A program made the translations under genes and the position numbers. A stretch of 64,000 bases of DNA from Geosiphon pyriformis uo1. Taxonomy: Eukaryota; Fungi; Glomeromycota. Within the stretch, counting starts at the first letter, position 1; every line of letters starts with the position of its first letter. The stretch is from the NCBI GenBank assembly GCA_016748015.1, contig JAAOMT010000597.1, forward strand, positions 1 through 64,000. Reading direction: 5' to 3'. The notes beneath the pieces are model-generated. The model was not told where the DNA came from. It worked only from the letters and a program-made list of their open reading frames with translations, and did not search any database. Shown here in pieces: positions 26,482 through 39,457 of this stretch.

Positions 26482-29400
26482 ATGTCGAAGAAAAAAATGA
26501 ATTCTAATAGAGTTGGTGAGAACTATGTTATAGATTTTTTGCCATTTTCAGGTATCCGGATTAGGGCCTCCCAACCAATAGTCCACCTTTACTGCACATA
26601 GCCTCTCATTATATTATTATTTTTAAAAAATAAATTAGTGGACCAGACTGCCAACTCTGGGGATATTCGTTATAGAAAAAATAAAACCTCTCATAAGGCA
26701 AAAGCTGCTTCCTCTATGTATGATACTCGAGACGACTACTTCAAAAAGAAACCTTCTCAAGCTGTATTTGGGGTGCCCCTTCGAGATATTCAAATTATAG
26801 CAGGGCTAACGTTATTAGCTGTTATTGTGCGTCTACATCAGATATCAGAGCCTTCGTCAGTAGTGTAAGTAGAGTCGGTTGATTTCTTTTTGGTAAAAAG
26901 AATTTTTTGATCTCAATATGACTCATTAATAAACTCCTTTTGACTCGCTTAATTTTTGACAGATTTGATGAAGTACATTTTGGCGGGTTTGCTAGGTATT
27001 AAGAAATACATTTGATTTTGATTTTGATTTAATTTATGATTTTATCAACAATACGTAATTTTATTGCTTTCGTTTTGTGATTCATAGCAAATATATGAAG
27101 GGGAGGTTTTTCATGGATGTGCATCCACCCCTTGCCAAATTGCTTATTACACTTGCTGGATTAATTGGTGGATTTGACGGGAATTTTGATTTCAAAGAAA
27201 TTGGAAAGTGAGTTTTCGTTTAAATAATATTTCCTTAATCTTATTGGGTTTTGAAGCTGAAGATTTGTTTTCCAACTCTAGGGATTACATTGAGCCCAAA
27301 GTTCCATATGTTGCAATGCGCTTATTGCCAGGAATTCTTGGTGTTTTGGTAGTACCGATAGCTTACCTCACAATCAAATTATCCGGATTTTCAACTATAT
27401 CTGCCCTGTTAGTTGGAGCTTTGTTAACTCTTGGTAATTTAAATGAGTCTTTACCCATGTAAAAAAATTTTCGCCCCTAATGAATCTTCTAATATTTAGA
27501 AAATGGATTAATTACACAAAGTCGACTAATCTTATTAGATTCGCCTCTGATATTATTTACTGCATTTACAGTATTAATGTGGGTGAACTTTCATAATCAG
27601 CAGCAAAGGTATTTTGAATCTAAAAATCACTTTAGTTCTTTCGGTTCTGATTCTTCTCAGCTCACAAATAATCCGTGATTAGCCCTTTCACTTTTTGGTG
27701 GTGGTTCTGGATGGCCATGACTGGGATTGGTCTTGGGCTTACTGTAAGGTTTGAAACTTAAATTTAATAAAGTATCTTAATATTTATATTGACCTAATGC
27801 ACTTTAATTTCAAGATCTTCTTGAAAATATTTTTAGCGTAAAATGGGTCGGTCTTTTTACCATTGCTCTCATCGGTTTTTCGACGGTTAAAGGACTCTGG
27901 GATTTACTTGGAGATTTACGAATTAGCCCAGTAAGCAATTATCGAAACTTTCTCCTCGGCTTCTAAAGTTATCTAATTTTACATATAATTATAGGGAAAA
28001 TGGGTCCAACATTTTATCGCCCGTGCTCTATGTTTGATCCTGATTCCGATTATACTTTACATGTTTATGTTCCAAATTCATTTCCTAATACTTCAAAATA
28101 GCGGCGATGGGGATGGTTTTATGAGTGCAGAATTTCAACAATCAATAAATGGACGTAAGATAGAAGACACTTTTATAGGTATTGCTATTGTTTATCATTC
28201 ACTGTAAGTGCTGTTTGAAAACTTTCATTCACATGATTGTTATATTTTAGATGTTGCATATGGATCGAAAGTTACTATTAAACATCTCAATACTCAGGGG
28301 GGGTATTTGCACTCTCACGGTAGCAATTATCCAGAAGGGAGTAAACGTAATAATACTCTTTTTCTGTAATTAGTTTTTTTTGTCTTTTCTGATTGATATA
28401 CTGAGTCATGTGATCACTCTGTTTTTCCAGAGCAACAGATCACTTTATACTCACATAAGGATGATAATAATATCTGGATAATCCAGAATCAAACCAAACC
28501 AGAGATACCATTTGAAGAACAAGATCCTATATGGATCTCTAATGGTCACGTAATAAAATTGGAGCATATGCAAACAGCCAAGAAGTTACACAGTCATGAT
28601 ATTAGACCTCCCGTTACTGATATTGAATACCAAAACGAAGTCAGGTATGAGAACCTGTAAATTAATTCGAATTCTTACCTTCTAGAGACTTCAATATCAT
28701 TGGTTTTTGTCTTATTTTTTAGCGGCTATGGTTTTCCAAACTTCGAAGGGGATGATAATGATCTGTGGCGCGTTGAAATCCATGATCACGATGAATCTGA
28801 TCCTGAATCAGGCCAACGTTTACGTACACTCCATACTAAATTTCGGTTAGCCCATGTATTGTCTGGATGTTACCTTTTTTCTCATTCTGTAAAACTGCCT
28901 GATTGGGGTTTTGAACAACAAGAGGTCACATGCGTTAAAGGAGGACACGTTCCTAAAACTCTTTGGTACATTGAAACCAATTCTCATCCAAAATGTAAGA
29001 AAAACCTTCAAAATTTTATTTTTATTATCTACCTCATAATTAATATGCTACTCAATTTGAAGTACCTCCCGATGCTGAAGTGATAAACTATCGAAAACTT
29101 GGCTTTTTTGGGAGATTTTTTGAGCTTAATCGTGTAATGTGGAAAACAAATGCAGGACTTACTGATTCCCACCCATATGATTCACGTCCATTCTCCTGGT
29201 TATTGATGAATCGTGGAATTAGTTTCTGGGGTAAAGATCATCGGCATATTTATTTGCTCGGTAACCCGGTGATTTGGTGGAGTTCAACTGCTACATTGTG
29301 TCTTTATGTGGTCATCAAAGTGGTGACCATATTAAGGACCCAAAGAGGATATTTAGACCATCTAAATGGTAAGTAAAGATGATCATATGTCTTGAAAACC

Positions 29401-30152
29401 TACAATCATCCTAATATTTGATTTCAATTCTACCCAAAGTCACCAAAGGGTTTTATGAATCGCACGCCAATTTCTTGTTTCTTGGTTGGATTCTTCACTG
29501 GGCGCCTTTCTTTTTAATGTCTCGACAACTCTTTCTTCACCATTATTTTCCGGCTCTTTATTTCGCTGTTCTCTTATTTGGCGTTGCATTTGATCTCTTC
29601 ACTATTCCTCTTAATGTGCGTAATCGAGCTATAGTGGCTCTATTATTTCTCTTGGCTTCACTCTATGTATTTACGCTTTTTGCTCCCATAACTTATGGCA
29701 AGCCATGGATCAAAAGTGAATGCCATAAACTCAAATGGGTCACCACCTGGGATTTTGATTGTAATCAGTTCCATGATACCTATGATCAGTTCAACACGAA
29801 TCTTTCCCAAATCCATATAACTCCTACTACGGAATCTATATCATCAACATCACTTTCCCCCCAAATGATTGAACAAAATCACGTTGTTGAAACCAATAAT
29901 GCGGAATCCTCAGGAAAAGATGATGCGAATATGGCTCTAAATAATCCTTCTGAAGAAAAGCACGCAGAATCTGAGGCTCAATTCCATACCGAACATCAAT
30001 CAATTAACACTCAAATTCAACAGAATGAAGTGGAGGAGAGTAGTGTTGGTGTTGATGGTGGTGAAGGGCAGGTGGAAACCCATAGCGTGCCTGAAAAAGG
30101 AAACCTGAAAGAGGCAGTAACATTGAGCGAGTCACAACTGCCTAAAAATTAG
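26482..30152 (+). CDS. PMT1: Dolichyl-phosphate-mannose-protein O-mannosyltransferase, Pmt1 subfamily, multi-exon
   Basis: VVFDEVHFGGFASKY...FFMDVHPPLAKL (Pmt1-type), SRLILLDSPL, VKWVGLFT, MIR domains (GGYLHSH, QQITLY, LPDWGFEQQEV), HPYDSRP, IYLLGNP, RQLFLHHYFPALYF, acidic C-tail. Start exon 26482-26515 is less certain. Confidence 0.93.
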
Positions 30153-31248
30153 AAATTTGAATTACCCAAAAATAGAGACAATCCTCAAGACCAAGAAACT
30201 TTTATTCATATTACAGTATTAGCATTAAAATCGATGAACTTTTAGACTTTTTTTTAGATTTGATTATCATCTAAGTTTGAAAGAACAAAACATGTAATTT
30301 ACAAAATATATTTTGAAAGTTTGCAAACCTTCCAGATATTGTTTGAATCCTTGATTTTGGATCTTTGATAAATAATGATAAAATTATCCAATCCTCCACC
30401 TCAGAGAAATCATGAATTGCTATGAAATTTCGACTTGAGGTTCAACAACATTGTGTTGCGTATTAATTTAGTTATAAAGTTATAATGCAATTTTTTTGCG
30501 CCAACTGATTTTAAGAGATTTATAACAAAATTTATTGTTTTTATTACTTATTTTAAAAAATCACATATTTGTGAAAATTCAACTCATTATACAACTTCAG
30601 TTTTAAATTTTAAAAGCTGTTTTTAAAATAATATTTAAAAACAATAATAAAGATTTTGTTACATGTTTTATTTGTAAAAAATATTTAATATTATCATTTT
30701 TTAAATCTTGAATTATTATTAAATTAGATTATGTTAATTTGTTAAAAAATATTGTTTTTATCAATAAGAAATGTAGAACAAATAATTTAATTTTGATACT
30801 TTTTGTTTTGTTTGTATAAATAAATCGTTTGCTCTTGTATAACAACTTCTCAAGTCAAATGTTTTATAAATAAGACTTTTTATTTGTAAATCAGATTTCC
30901 ACAATACTTTGGCGATTCTTTTGTAAATACCCTATTGTAATAATGAAAATACCTTGAGAAAATAAATTTGCATCAATTAATCAAAATATATCCTTTTTAC
31001 CTTTTATATCCATCCTCGGTTAAATCCGATTTAATATTCAAAAGAAATATTGACCCGGCTTTATTTGTGCTCAAAGTTTCCCTTTGAAGATGCCCACATT
31101 ATTCAGAAGGCACTTGAACAAGATTAACATAGAATAAGGTGAACATTTATAAATTCTTCAAGAATGAACCTTTTTTGTTAGTTTTCACACAAAAATTGTA
31201 AAGGTGATTTGAACCGAATTACGAATTACCTTCAGGTGTCATAATATT

Positions 31249-31839
31249 CTATCTATCTAGGAGCTTCAAATAATTATCAAAAACCAAAGCTTCAGTTTCC
31301 AATCTCATCGCAACCATGTATCCGGTGGTGAGATGGAGCTGACCTTCTTCGGTCATAATATCACCTGCACTCCTTACAACCCTCGTAGTTGTGAAAAGGT
31401 CCTTTGGTGGATCCAGTGACCATTTCCCATTGATACTCTCATAAAAATTTAAATAGTCACCAGCTAGCTTACTATATTCACTAAAAAAATTTATTTCAGG
31501 TGCAGACAACTTTTTTTCGACTTCTTTTTTCAAAAGGCCTTTTTCCCAAAAGACATCCCGAACTCGCCGAACACGTGGGTAATGATAGATTCGAAGTGCT
31601 CGTTTGCCTCGAGTTTCTATACCCGAAGTTAGAAGACTAATAAACTGTAACTCAGCGGCCGAGTTGAGATCGTTCTGAGTTTTCAGACCGTTACTTTTGG
31701 GGATGTTGTTTGGGTTAGCTATGCTTTTGAGTGTGCCTATGTCGTTACAAATTTCTCTAACCAAGGCAGTATTATAAGGTTGAGTTGGTCCTCGAACAGC
31801 CCTCTTGGCCTCCCTTACCAAATCATTTAGACGAGGCAT
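31249..31839 (-). CDS. PSF1: GINS subunit Psf1-like protein, divergent and intronless (196 aa)
   Basis: LVREAKR...PYNTALVREI, RGKRALRIYH..R (cf. RNKRCLLAY), LSAPEINFFSEY, SLDPPKDLF...RVVRSAGDIMTEEG (cf. PPKDLFIEVRVLKDxGEIxTExG). Confidence 0.82.
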   Translation of the reverse strand: MPRLNDLVREAKRAVRGPTQPYNTALVREICNDIGTLKSIANPNNIPKSNGLKTQNDLNSAAELQFISLLTSGIETRGKRALRIYHYPRVRRVRDVFWEKGLLKKEVEKKLSAPEINFFSEYSKLAGDYLNFYESINGKWSLDPPKDLFTTTRVVRSAGDIMTEEGQLHLTTGYMVAMRLETEALVFDNYLKLLDR

Positions 31840-32030
31840 GGTGTTATTTTTTTAAGTGGTTACATATGAAAGGTGAAAATAGAATAGGAACAAGAGCGAG
31901 GATCAGGAAAAAATATTTTTTTCCTGATGATCTTAACCGTTCTGAGCAGTCACTAATTTTTTTTTATTAATTCGAACAAAATATCACATCATTTCTGTGA
32001 TTTAGAAAATTTCCAAGAAATTGCTATAGC

Positions 32031-33231
32031 ATGTCTTCCTTACGCAATGCCGTTCAACGACGAAATCATAAAGAACGTGCACAACCATACCATCGTGAAC
32101 GTTATGGTCTTCTTGAGAAGCACAAAGACTATGTTCTTCGAGCGCAAGACTACCATTCCAAGGAAGCCAGGTTGAAGCAGATGCGAGAAAAAGCTCATTT
32201 TCGCAATCCTGATGAATTCTACTTTAAAATGATTAACACCAAGACCAAGGTTTTTACAGCTTGATAATTGGAATTCTTTAGATTCTGCCAGACTCATTAC
32301 CGTGAGCTCAACTTTTTTGTTTTTTTAGGAAGGGAAACACATTGTCGAACGGAATAATGCCTTCTCTGGAGATTTAGTCAAATTACTGAAATCTCAAGAT
32401 TTGAATTATGTAAAAATCCAACGCGATATTGGAAAAAAGGTGCTCTCGATTTTCCAACATTTTTTTGTTACCTGAAATCTTCGATTCTTTTACTTTGCTA
32501 AACACGCTATTTGTCTTTTAAGAAAATAGAAAAATTACAAAGTGAATTGCAATTCCTCTCGGCTAACAAAGGAGAAGAAGATAGTAATCAAGATAAACCA
32601 AACTCATCTGAATCCAATCATATTATATTTTTTGATACTCAAGATGAAAGTAAGTTAATATTTTATAAACGTTACATTAAATTCCCCACAAATAATTACT
32701 TATTTTTCATGATGAATTCAAGTCATTGACTTTGACCCCGCAAAGCATTTTGATACATTGCCTGAATTGGTGAAGCGAAAATTTAACCGACCACGATTAG
32801 AAACACTAGAAAAGGAAGTTTTGGTGAAACCTGAAGATCAGAAGCAACTTAAGGTAAATGTATTGTGTTTTCGAATAACCTCTGAGAAAATGCATCAGAA
32901 ACACGAATTCAATTTTTTTGGCACCATTATGTCATTAATTGTGATAACCTGTATTCAAATATACCGAAAAAGATATTACGAAAGGAACGTATTCATAAAT
33001 ATCAAGAGCTTGCTGATCGACTTGAACGCGAAGTGAACTTTACAAACTTGGAACAAGAATTGGTCACCCAAAAGAATTTGATGGTATTTAAAGAATATGT
33101 TTCATATTGGTAACTATTTTTCTTGTTACTCATTAATATCGGTTTTTTAGACCAAAGGACCCCGAAAGAAAATCGGTGTCGATAAGAATGGATTAGCGAT
33201 TTACAAATGGAAAAACGAGCGAAAGAAATAA
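32031..33231 (+). CDS. UTP11: U3 snoRNP / SSU processome protein Utp11, 6 exons
   Basis: [40 protein letters not shown]...[34 protein letters not shown]-terminal YKWKNERKK*. Confidence 0.96.
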
Positions 33232-33425
33232 TATTTTTGTATTGAACGGCAATATCAATAGTTATTCAATACATTTGCCTTACAATAAACAATTCATCCA
33301 AGTAGAATAATGATAATTTTCGATTAAATTAATTTAATAATTAACTCCAAGGTTTTTGATCTATGGTTTTGTAAAAATACAATTATTTTAGACCTCGGTG
33401 GCATGCAACCCGGAAGATGCCCCGC

Positions 33426-36400
33426 TTAAATAAGTTCGAGCATAATATCCCCAAAGGGTCGTAACTGTTTTACTTTAATTTGACTTTTGGTGACCAAAAC
33501 TAAACAATAAAACCAACAAATTATTGTTTTTCATGATAAAAAAGTAAAAGCCATTTTCTCTTACCTAAAACATGATAAAATGATTTGGCCGCCTCCGTTT
33601 GTTTCGCGTGACGATATTGCATTATCTTTTGAAATGAAACTCGAGAAACTCCAGCTTCTTTCATAGATGTTTTCGCAATTTCCATGAAATTAAATGATTC
33701 CTTCTCTGTGTGAGCTTTATCTTCAAATTTACTTTTTCCGGGACTCTGTGTAGAGCTACTTTCACTGCTGGTACCTTCATCATCTTGAAGTTCTATCGCA
33801 AATGTTTTCTATTAAAAAGAGAAAGAAATTTCCGCAATTGACGAGTTTTCGCCCTACCATCAAATAACGCAAACTCGGGCAATTTCGCCGCTTCATCAAA
33901 AAAATCTCTCCCGTCTGATGATATGGATCCACGATCAAAACCAAAGGAGCTTTGTCGGCGGCGGCCACTATTCAAGAAATACTTGGTAAATTACGGAATT
34001 ACATGCTTAAATTAAAGCTCGAAAACATCTCTAGGTATTTTTTTTACCTTCCCCGCGGACCTGACAAATCCAAAGAAATATCGCGGCTTCCGCGTGTTTC
34101 CGTCGAGGAAGCTCGATCGTACCGATCTTAAATAACAATCGAGCCAAGAGATAATCTTTGTCAATAGCCTCAGAAGATAAACCATCTATTTTCAAACTCA
34201 CCAGAATCAGGAACGCCATCCAAACTACTGGCCCGATAATCAAATGGATCAAGTGGTAAGAAGCCTGAGCTTCGTTGACTGTCCGCTGCTCTTCGGCGTT
34301 CTGGCTCATCATCGAACATGGCCCCACGCTAAACGAGAAAATACAATTCAGGAAAATTAATTTCTAACTAAAAATTCAGCAGGAGTATATGAGAAACCTC
34401 CAATACCGGAACTACTGACTCCTCGACATCTGTTGCATCAGCATCTCGGCTTGGACCTAATATAAAACACAGGATATGGCCAAAGAACACGACCAAAAAA
34501 TAACAAAAATGGCCAAGAAATTTTTTTCACCAGTCAAAGCCGTGTAGGCTGTTTTTGGTCCTAAATTCCTTTCTAGAAATACGAGATTGATTTACTTGTC
34601 AATTGGTGAAGAGGGACGGTTTTTTAAGCAATCGTTCGAAATACCTTGCATAATAGGCGCACAATGTCTATTCCACATGTATACAAGCTTTGGCGCTTTT
34701 ACTAGGTAAGTTTTCAACTTGAATTTTGCAGTCAAACGAAAAATGGTAAAATTTATAAATGTTTTTTAAACACCCACAGGGTATACATGGTGAGTTCAAG
34801 ACTTCTTTTACTTTCTCTCTGAATTCATTTGATGTTGTCTAGTTAAGAAGTATCAAAATATTATCATTAAAATGTATCCGAGATACAATTCTCGTTAGCG
34901 ACTAACCTTTGTTTTAGCTAACCGTTGTGACATAATGAGGTCTTCTCGGCAAGTGTCTCGCATGGCTAGAATTTCTTGATTTGTCAATTCAGTTACATCG
35001 TCCACAAGCGAAGAATGTTTTCGTTTACGTAAATTCTGTTGAGCTGGGGAATGACCAGACGGGTGGAAAATATCATAATTTTCTCCTCGAGAATTCTCTG
35101 CACCAACTTGTTCAGGGACAATCTCCATATCCATGTTTATGGGAAGACCACTTTGCTCTTCTTGCCCCTACATGTCGAGTTAGAGTATTGTGAAAATGAG
35201 GTTTTACCGAGCACATATTAAAACAACACAGAGAAAGTGTTACAATTTCTGCATCAATATCTGCCCCGTATTCACCCTCGCGCCTCAGTTTTTTTGCTTC
35301 AGGTTCTTGAGCATTATAATGCTCTTCTCTGACTTGTCTTAACATTTCATCTATTGTTCCTCGAGCAAAACGGTCTTGATTGGTTTCTTGGTTTTGTGGG
35401 GTTTGTCCTTGGTCAAGAACATACTCATGGAGAGCACCGTCAGCATCGAAATCTATTCTGATTCTTATTCGAAGGCATACGGATCAGCTTGGTTGAAATT
35501 CGTATTTTGAAGTAATGTACGGACTCGAGTGAATGATTATTAGAAAACAAACCCAGTGTCTTCTACTAACAGTAAATCCTCCATTACATCAAATCCTCCG
35601 TTTGCACTTCCATTGAGTCCAAAAATCGAAGAACCCCCAGCTGACAAATCCAGCTCGGGTAAAGTTATTTCAGACAAACGAGTATTGTTGGAAATTGATA
35701 AGACTTTGTGAGGAGCAAAATTTTTTTGATTTATAAGAGCAGCAATAAATAATAAAATTTCGAGAAGAAATGTCGCTCTACCTTGACCAGCCGATAAAGT
35801 CTCTAAAGAATCGAGTCTTGTACTAAAGTCGGGAACCTATTGTGCAAAAGTGTGTTGAAGTTACTGGTGAATATCTGTGAGTTAAAGTTTGTAAATTTAC
35901 CAGTCTAACATCCTTCAAGATAGGCATTTTCATCTCAATTATGAATTCAGGGTCGTCCTCCAATGTAATCGCTTCGTATCTGAAATAGAATTCATTAATC
36001 TTTTGAGAAGCTTTTCACCGTATAATGATAATAAGGTCGCTATATTACCTGGCCTCTGCAACAGGCATATTTATAAATTCATTCTCGATTGTTCTCAAAT
36101 CTTTTTTTAACCGAATCCAAACATTATTCACTTCAGCTTAATTTCAAATTGAATAAATAGTTATGCCCATGCTTTATTTTGAATGGATGAAATTTAAAAA
36201 AAAATAGTTGCGTACTGTAATAAAAGGTATATTGTTGATTGTAAACACGCATAATTCCAACCATCAAATTAGATGTGAGTCTTAAAGCAAGAGGTTCGGG
36301 AGGTGAAGCAACGTAATCACTAATTTTCAATTATTTTGAAGAGCATTGATAAATTTAAATGCAAAAAAACCAATCTTTACAAAAGAAATATACCATGCTT

Positions 36401-36629
36401 TGACAAGATTCACAGAATTAACCTCTTTTTTCGAAAGTTTCCTCAAATTAGATCGCGAGCCCAATGTAGCTGCCAACCTATTTGATCAAATTTGTCGAAA
36501 TAATATTTGAGCCTTGTTCAAAATTTGTCATTATTGACATCATTTTATTGTGAGGGTTGAAGAAATTAATCACCATATAATACCAAATCCGCCAACTTTA
36601 CGCGTTAAAATCTCTTTAGAATAAAACAT
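33426..36629 (-). CDS. REC8: Meiotic cohesin kleisin Rec8, multi-exon
   Basis: N-terminal MFYSKEILTRKVGGFGIIWLAATLGSRS...KLSKKEV...VNLVKAC...PLALRLTSNLMVGIMRVYNQQ (Rec8-type, not the Rad21 WLAAxxERKL/LSGQLLLGVVRIY pattern). C-terminal winged helix AAKSFYHVL...VKQLRPFGDIML. Confidence 0.88.
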
Positions 36630-37606
36630 ATATTCAAGGGTTAAAAAATCTATTTAATTAACAAAGGGCAAAGTTTTAATAAATGAAAAAGGTTTGACAG
36701 AGGCAGGAAATATCAAGGTTGACTTTAAATGAGATGAAATGAAGTTATTAGTGAATAAATTAGAATTTTGAAAGAAGTAAAGCAAGTACTTTTGAATGAT
36801 ATTACGACTTACAATCATTTTTTATGTTGATGCATATTCGAGGAGTGTTGTTTCTTAAGAATGAAAGATCAGTTTTGTGATTTTCAAATTGACTGGATAT
36901 TAATCAGCTTTACCGGTTTACATTGAAATTTCAAAGTTTTGTGTATTTTGCAATATTTGGTAATGAAAACGAACCAGATTTTTGAAATCGACAACTCAGA
37001 AATCCTATGAATTATTGGAAAAAAATCAATTTTGCTTCTTAATTTTTAATAGAATTTAATCTCCTTCATTTTTATTTCGTAAAGCTAGGAATAAGTTTAA
37101 AAATATTTTTTCATAAAGGTAATTAAAAGTAAATTTTGAGATTTTACTAGAAAAATTTGGATAATTTCTATTACTTAAATGAAACAGCAATAATTTAAAC
37201 AATTAATTAATTAATATTATGAACTTGAACAGAAAGTATTTAAAGACTCTATTATGAATTAAATCAATTTTTCTTCTGCTTTATTTGCAATTTTTATAAC
37301 CCAATTTTACTTAAAGCAAGTTTGTTGATATGTGATTAATTACTTGAACTGTCCAAAGCTAATTATTATCTTTTTTTGAACATCTTAGTTGTTATTCATA
37401 ATTTTAAAATAGGCTATTATCTTTTATAAAAATAATATTATAATTATCTTTATTCCATATCCAAAATGATTTATTTAATCAGTCATTTATTAATTTGTAT
37501 AAATTTCTATTGGTAAAAGTTCAAAATATTCTAAAAATGTAAAAAGTTATTTAGATTTTAAAAGTTTAAAAAATTATAATTTTCTAATATTTTAAATATA
37601 TATATA

Positions 37607-38825
37607 CAGTCGGACCTCTATAAAAGAACACAGTTGGGGCATGCAAATTATGTTCCATTTTAGAGGTGGTTTATTATAGAGTTTTATAATTATTATCAAA
37701 TAAACTATATTTATTTATTAATCAATCAATTATTATTATTATTATTATTAAAATATTGATTAATTGTTACCTGTTTTTAGAATCTTTCTTCATTTTTTCG
37801 TATTCATATAATTTTTTTTCTAAGTAAATTTTGGTTTTCTTTACTAAAATTTTCTTCTGCTAATTGCTCTTCAAATCTAATTATCTTTTTTAATGCTTTA
37901 TATGCTTTTGTAATTGTAATTATAGCAGGTAGAGATTCTTTTAATTCTTTTTCCAAGTTATTAATTGTATTGGTTTCACTTTGAGCATCGGCTAAAACCA
38001 TATCTACAATTTCATTATTATCAAGAATATTTTTAGTTGTCAATAATTCATTAACTGCTATAGTATAATCTTTGAGATTTTTAACCAATTATTGTGCATT
38101 TAATGATAAATTGTTGAATATATCCATAAAAAAGTGATGTTTCGGATTCTTGAATTTCTAATTCTTGATTATAAAAAAGAATATTCATTTTTTGCCAACA
38201 GTTTTAAATTGTAACAGATGTTACTTAAAATCATGATTGAACAATATAATCAATTGCTTGTTTCATGTTTAATTTATTTTTAAAAAATAAATTATATTAA
38301 ATAAAATATATAATATATAATGATAATAATATTATATTACTTAACTGTTCAATATTAATTTTTTGTTTAAATTAATGTAAAATATATTAACAATATAAGT
38401 GCTTATATTTGTCTTTGAAAATTTTAATAATACTAGCATCTATTAATTAAAAATATAATATAATATTTAGAAAAAAATAATACAAAGTAATATTGGTTAA
38501 TTGGAATAAATCTTCTTTAATTTAAGTATGATAAGAAGTTGTATTATCAACCAAAATTAATATATGCTGATTTTGAATTTAAAAGTCTTTATTTATATAT
38601 TTAAATCATGTTTTTTATATATTTGAACACATTTATGCTTTGAAATTGAATTTGTAAATCACAAATAAGTTAAAAGTATTAATTTTTTTAAAGCATCTTG
38701 AATTTTTTGTATGTCTAATTACTAAAAGTTGCAATTTGTGAAATCTAATTGAATTTATAGCAAGAAAAATTGTAATTCGAAATTTATCCTATAAAAAACC
38801 CAATTAATTTAATATAATAATAATA
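37607..38825 (-). mobile_element. pogo/Tigger (Tc1-mariner superfamily, DDE_1) DNA transposon copy A, truncated, one TIR
   Basis: TA|CAGTCGGACCTCTATAAAAGAAC terminus at 37607. Degenerate minus-strand transposase motifs KLQLLVIRHTKNSRCFK..LFVIYKFNFKA*M (from KLxPLVIGxxKNPRCFK..LPVxYxxNxKAWM) and ILVDNTTS. Right boundary approximate. Confidence 0.82.
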
Positions 38826-39457
38826 TATTGTTATGATTAAATTAACAAGCTAACAAATAGCAAAAGAAAACAGTATTGTATAACAATAAAACAATTAAAA
38901 AGGTAATTTAACTTTAATAAGTAAATTAAATTAATAGGAATTTAATATATAAGATTAATCTTATAAATATTTCAGTTGTTATTCTTTTAAAAGGTAATAA
39001 AAAAATCTGAAGATAAAAAAATAGTCTATATTGTTAATAAAAGATAACACACTGATATAATTTTATGTCTTATATTAATACTTTTAGAATTTAATATCAA
39101 ATATCAATTGTACTTTTCAGTAAATGTTTTTTTTAATATATTTGACAAAAACTAACAATTATATAAAACAAGAAAAAAAATAGTAAAAGAAAAATAAAAA
39201 AGTTAATATTATTGTATTGATCTGAGTATAATTTAAATATGAATACTTTTTTACAACTTTTAAAATATTTTACTTATATATAATGAAAAAAAAATCAATA
39301 ATCACATTAATAATTTAATTTAAAAATAAACTAACTAATTATATGATATTAGTGACTAATACATGTAATTAATTATGACTAAGTAAATAAATAAAATTTA
39401 AAAAATAAAAGTTTTATCTATAATAATATAATGATAACAATTGATAAATATAATATA

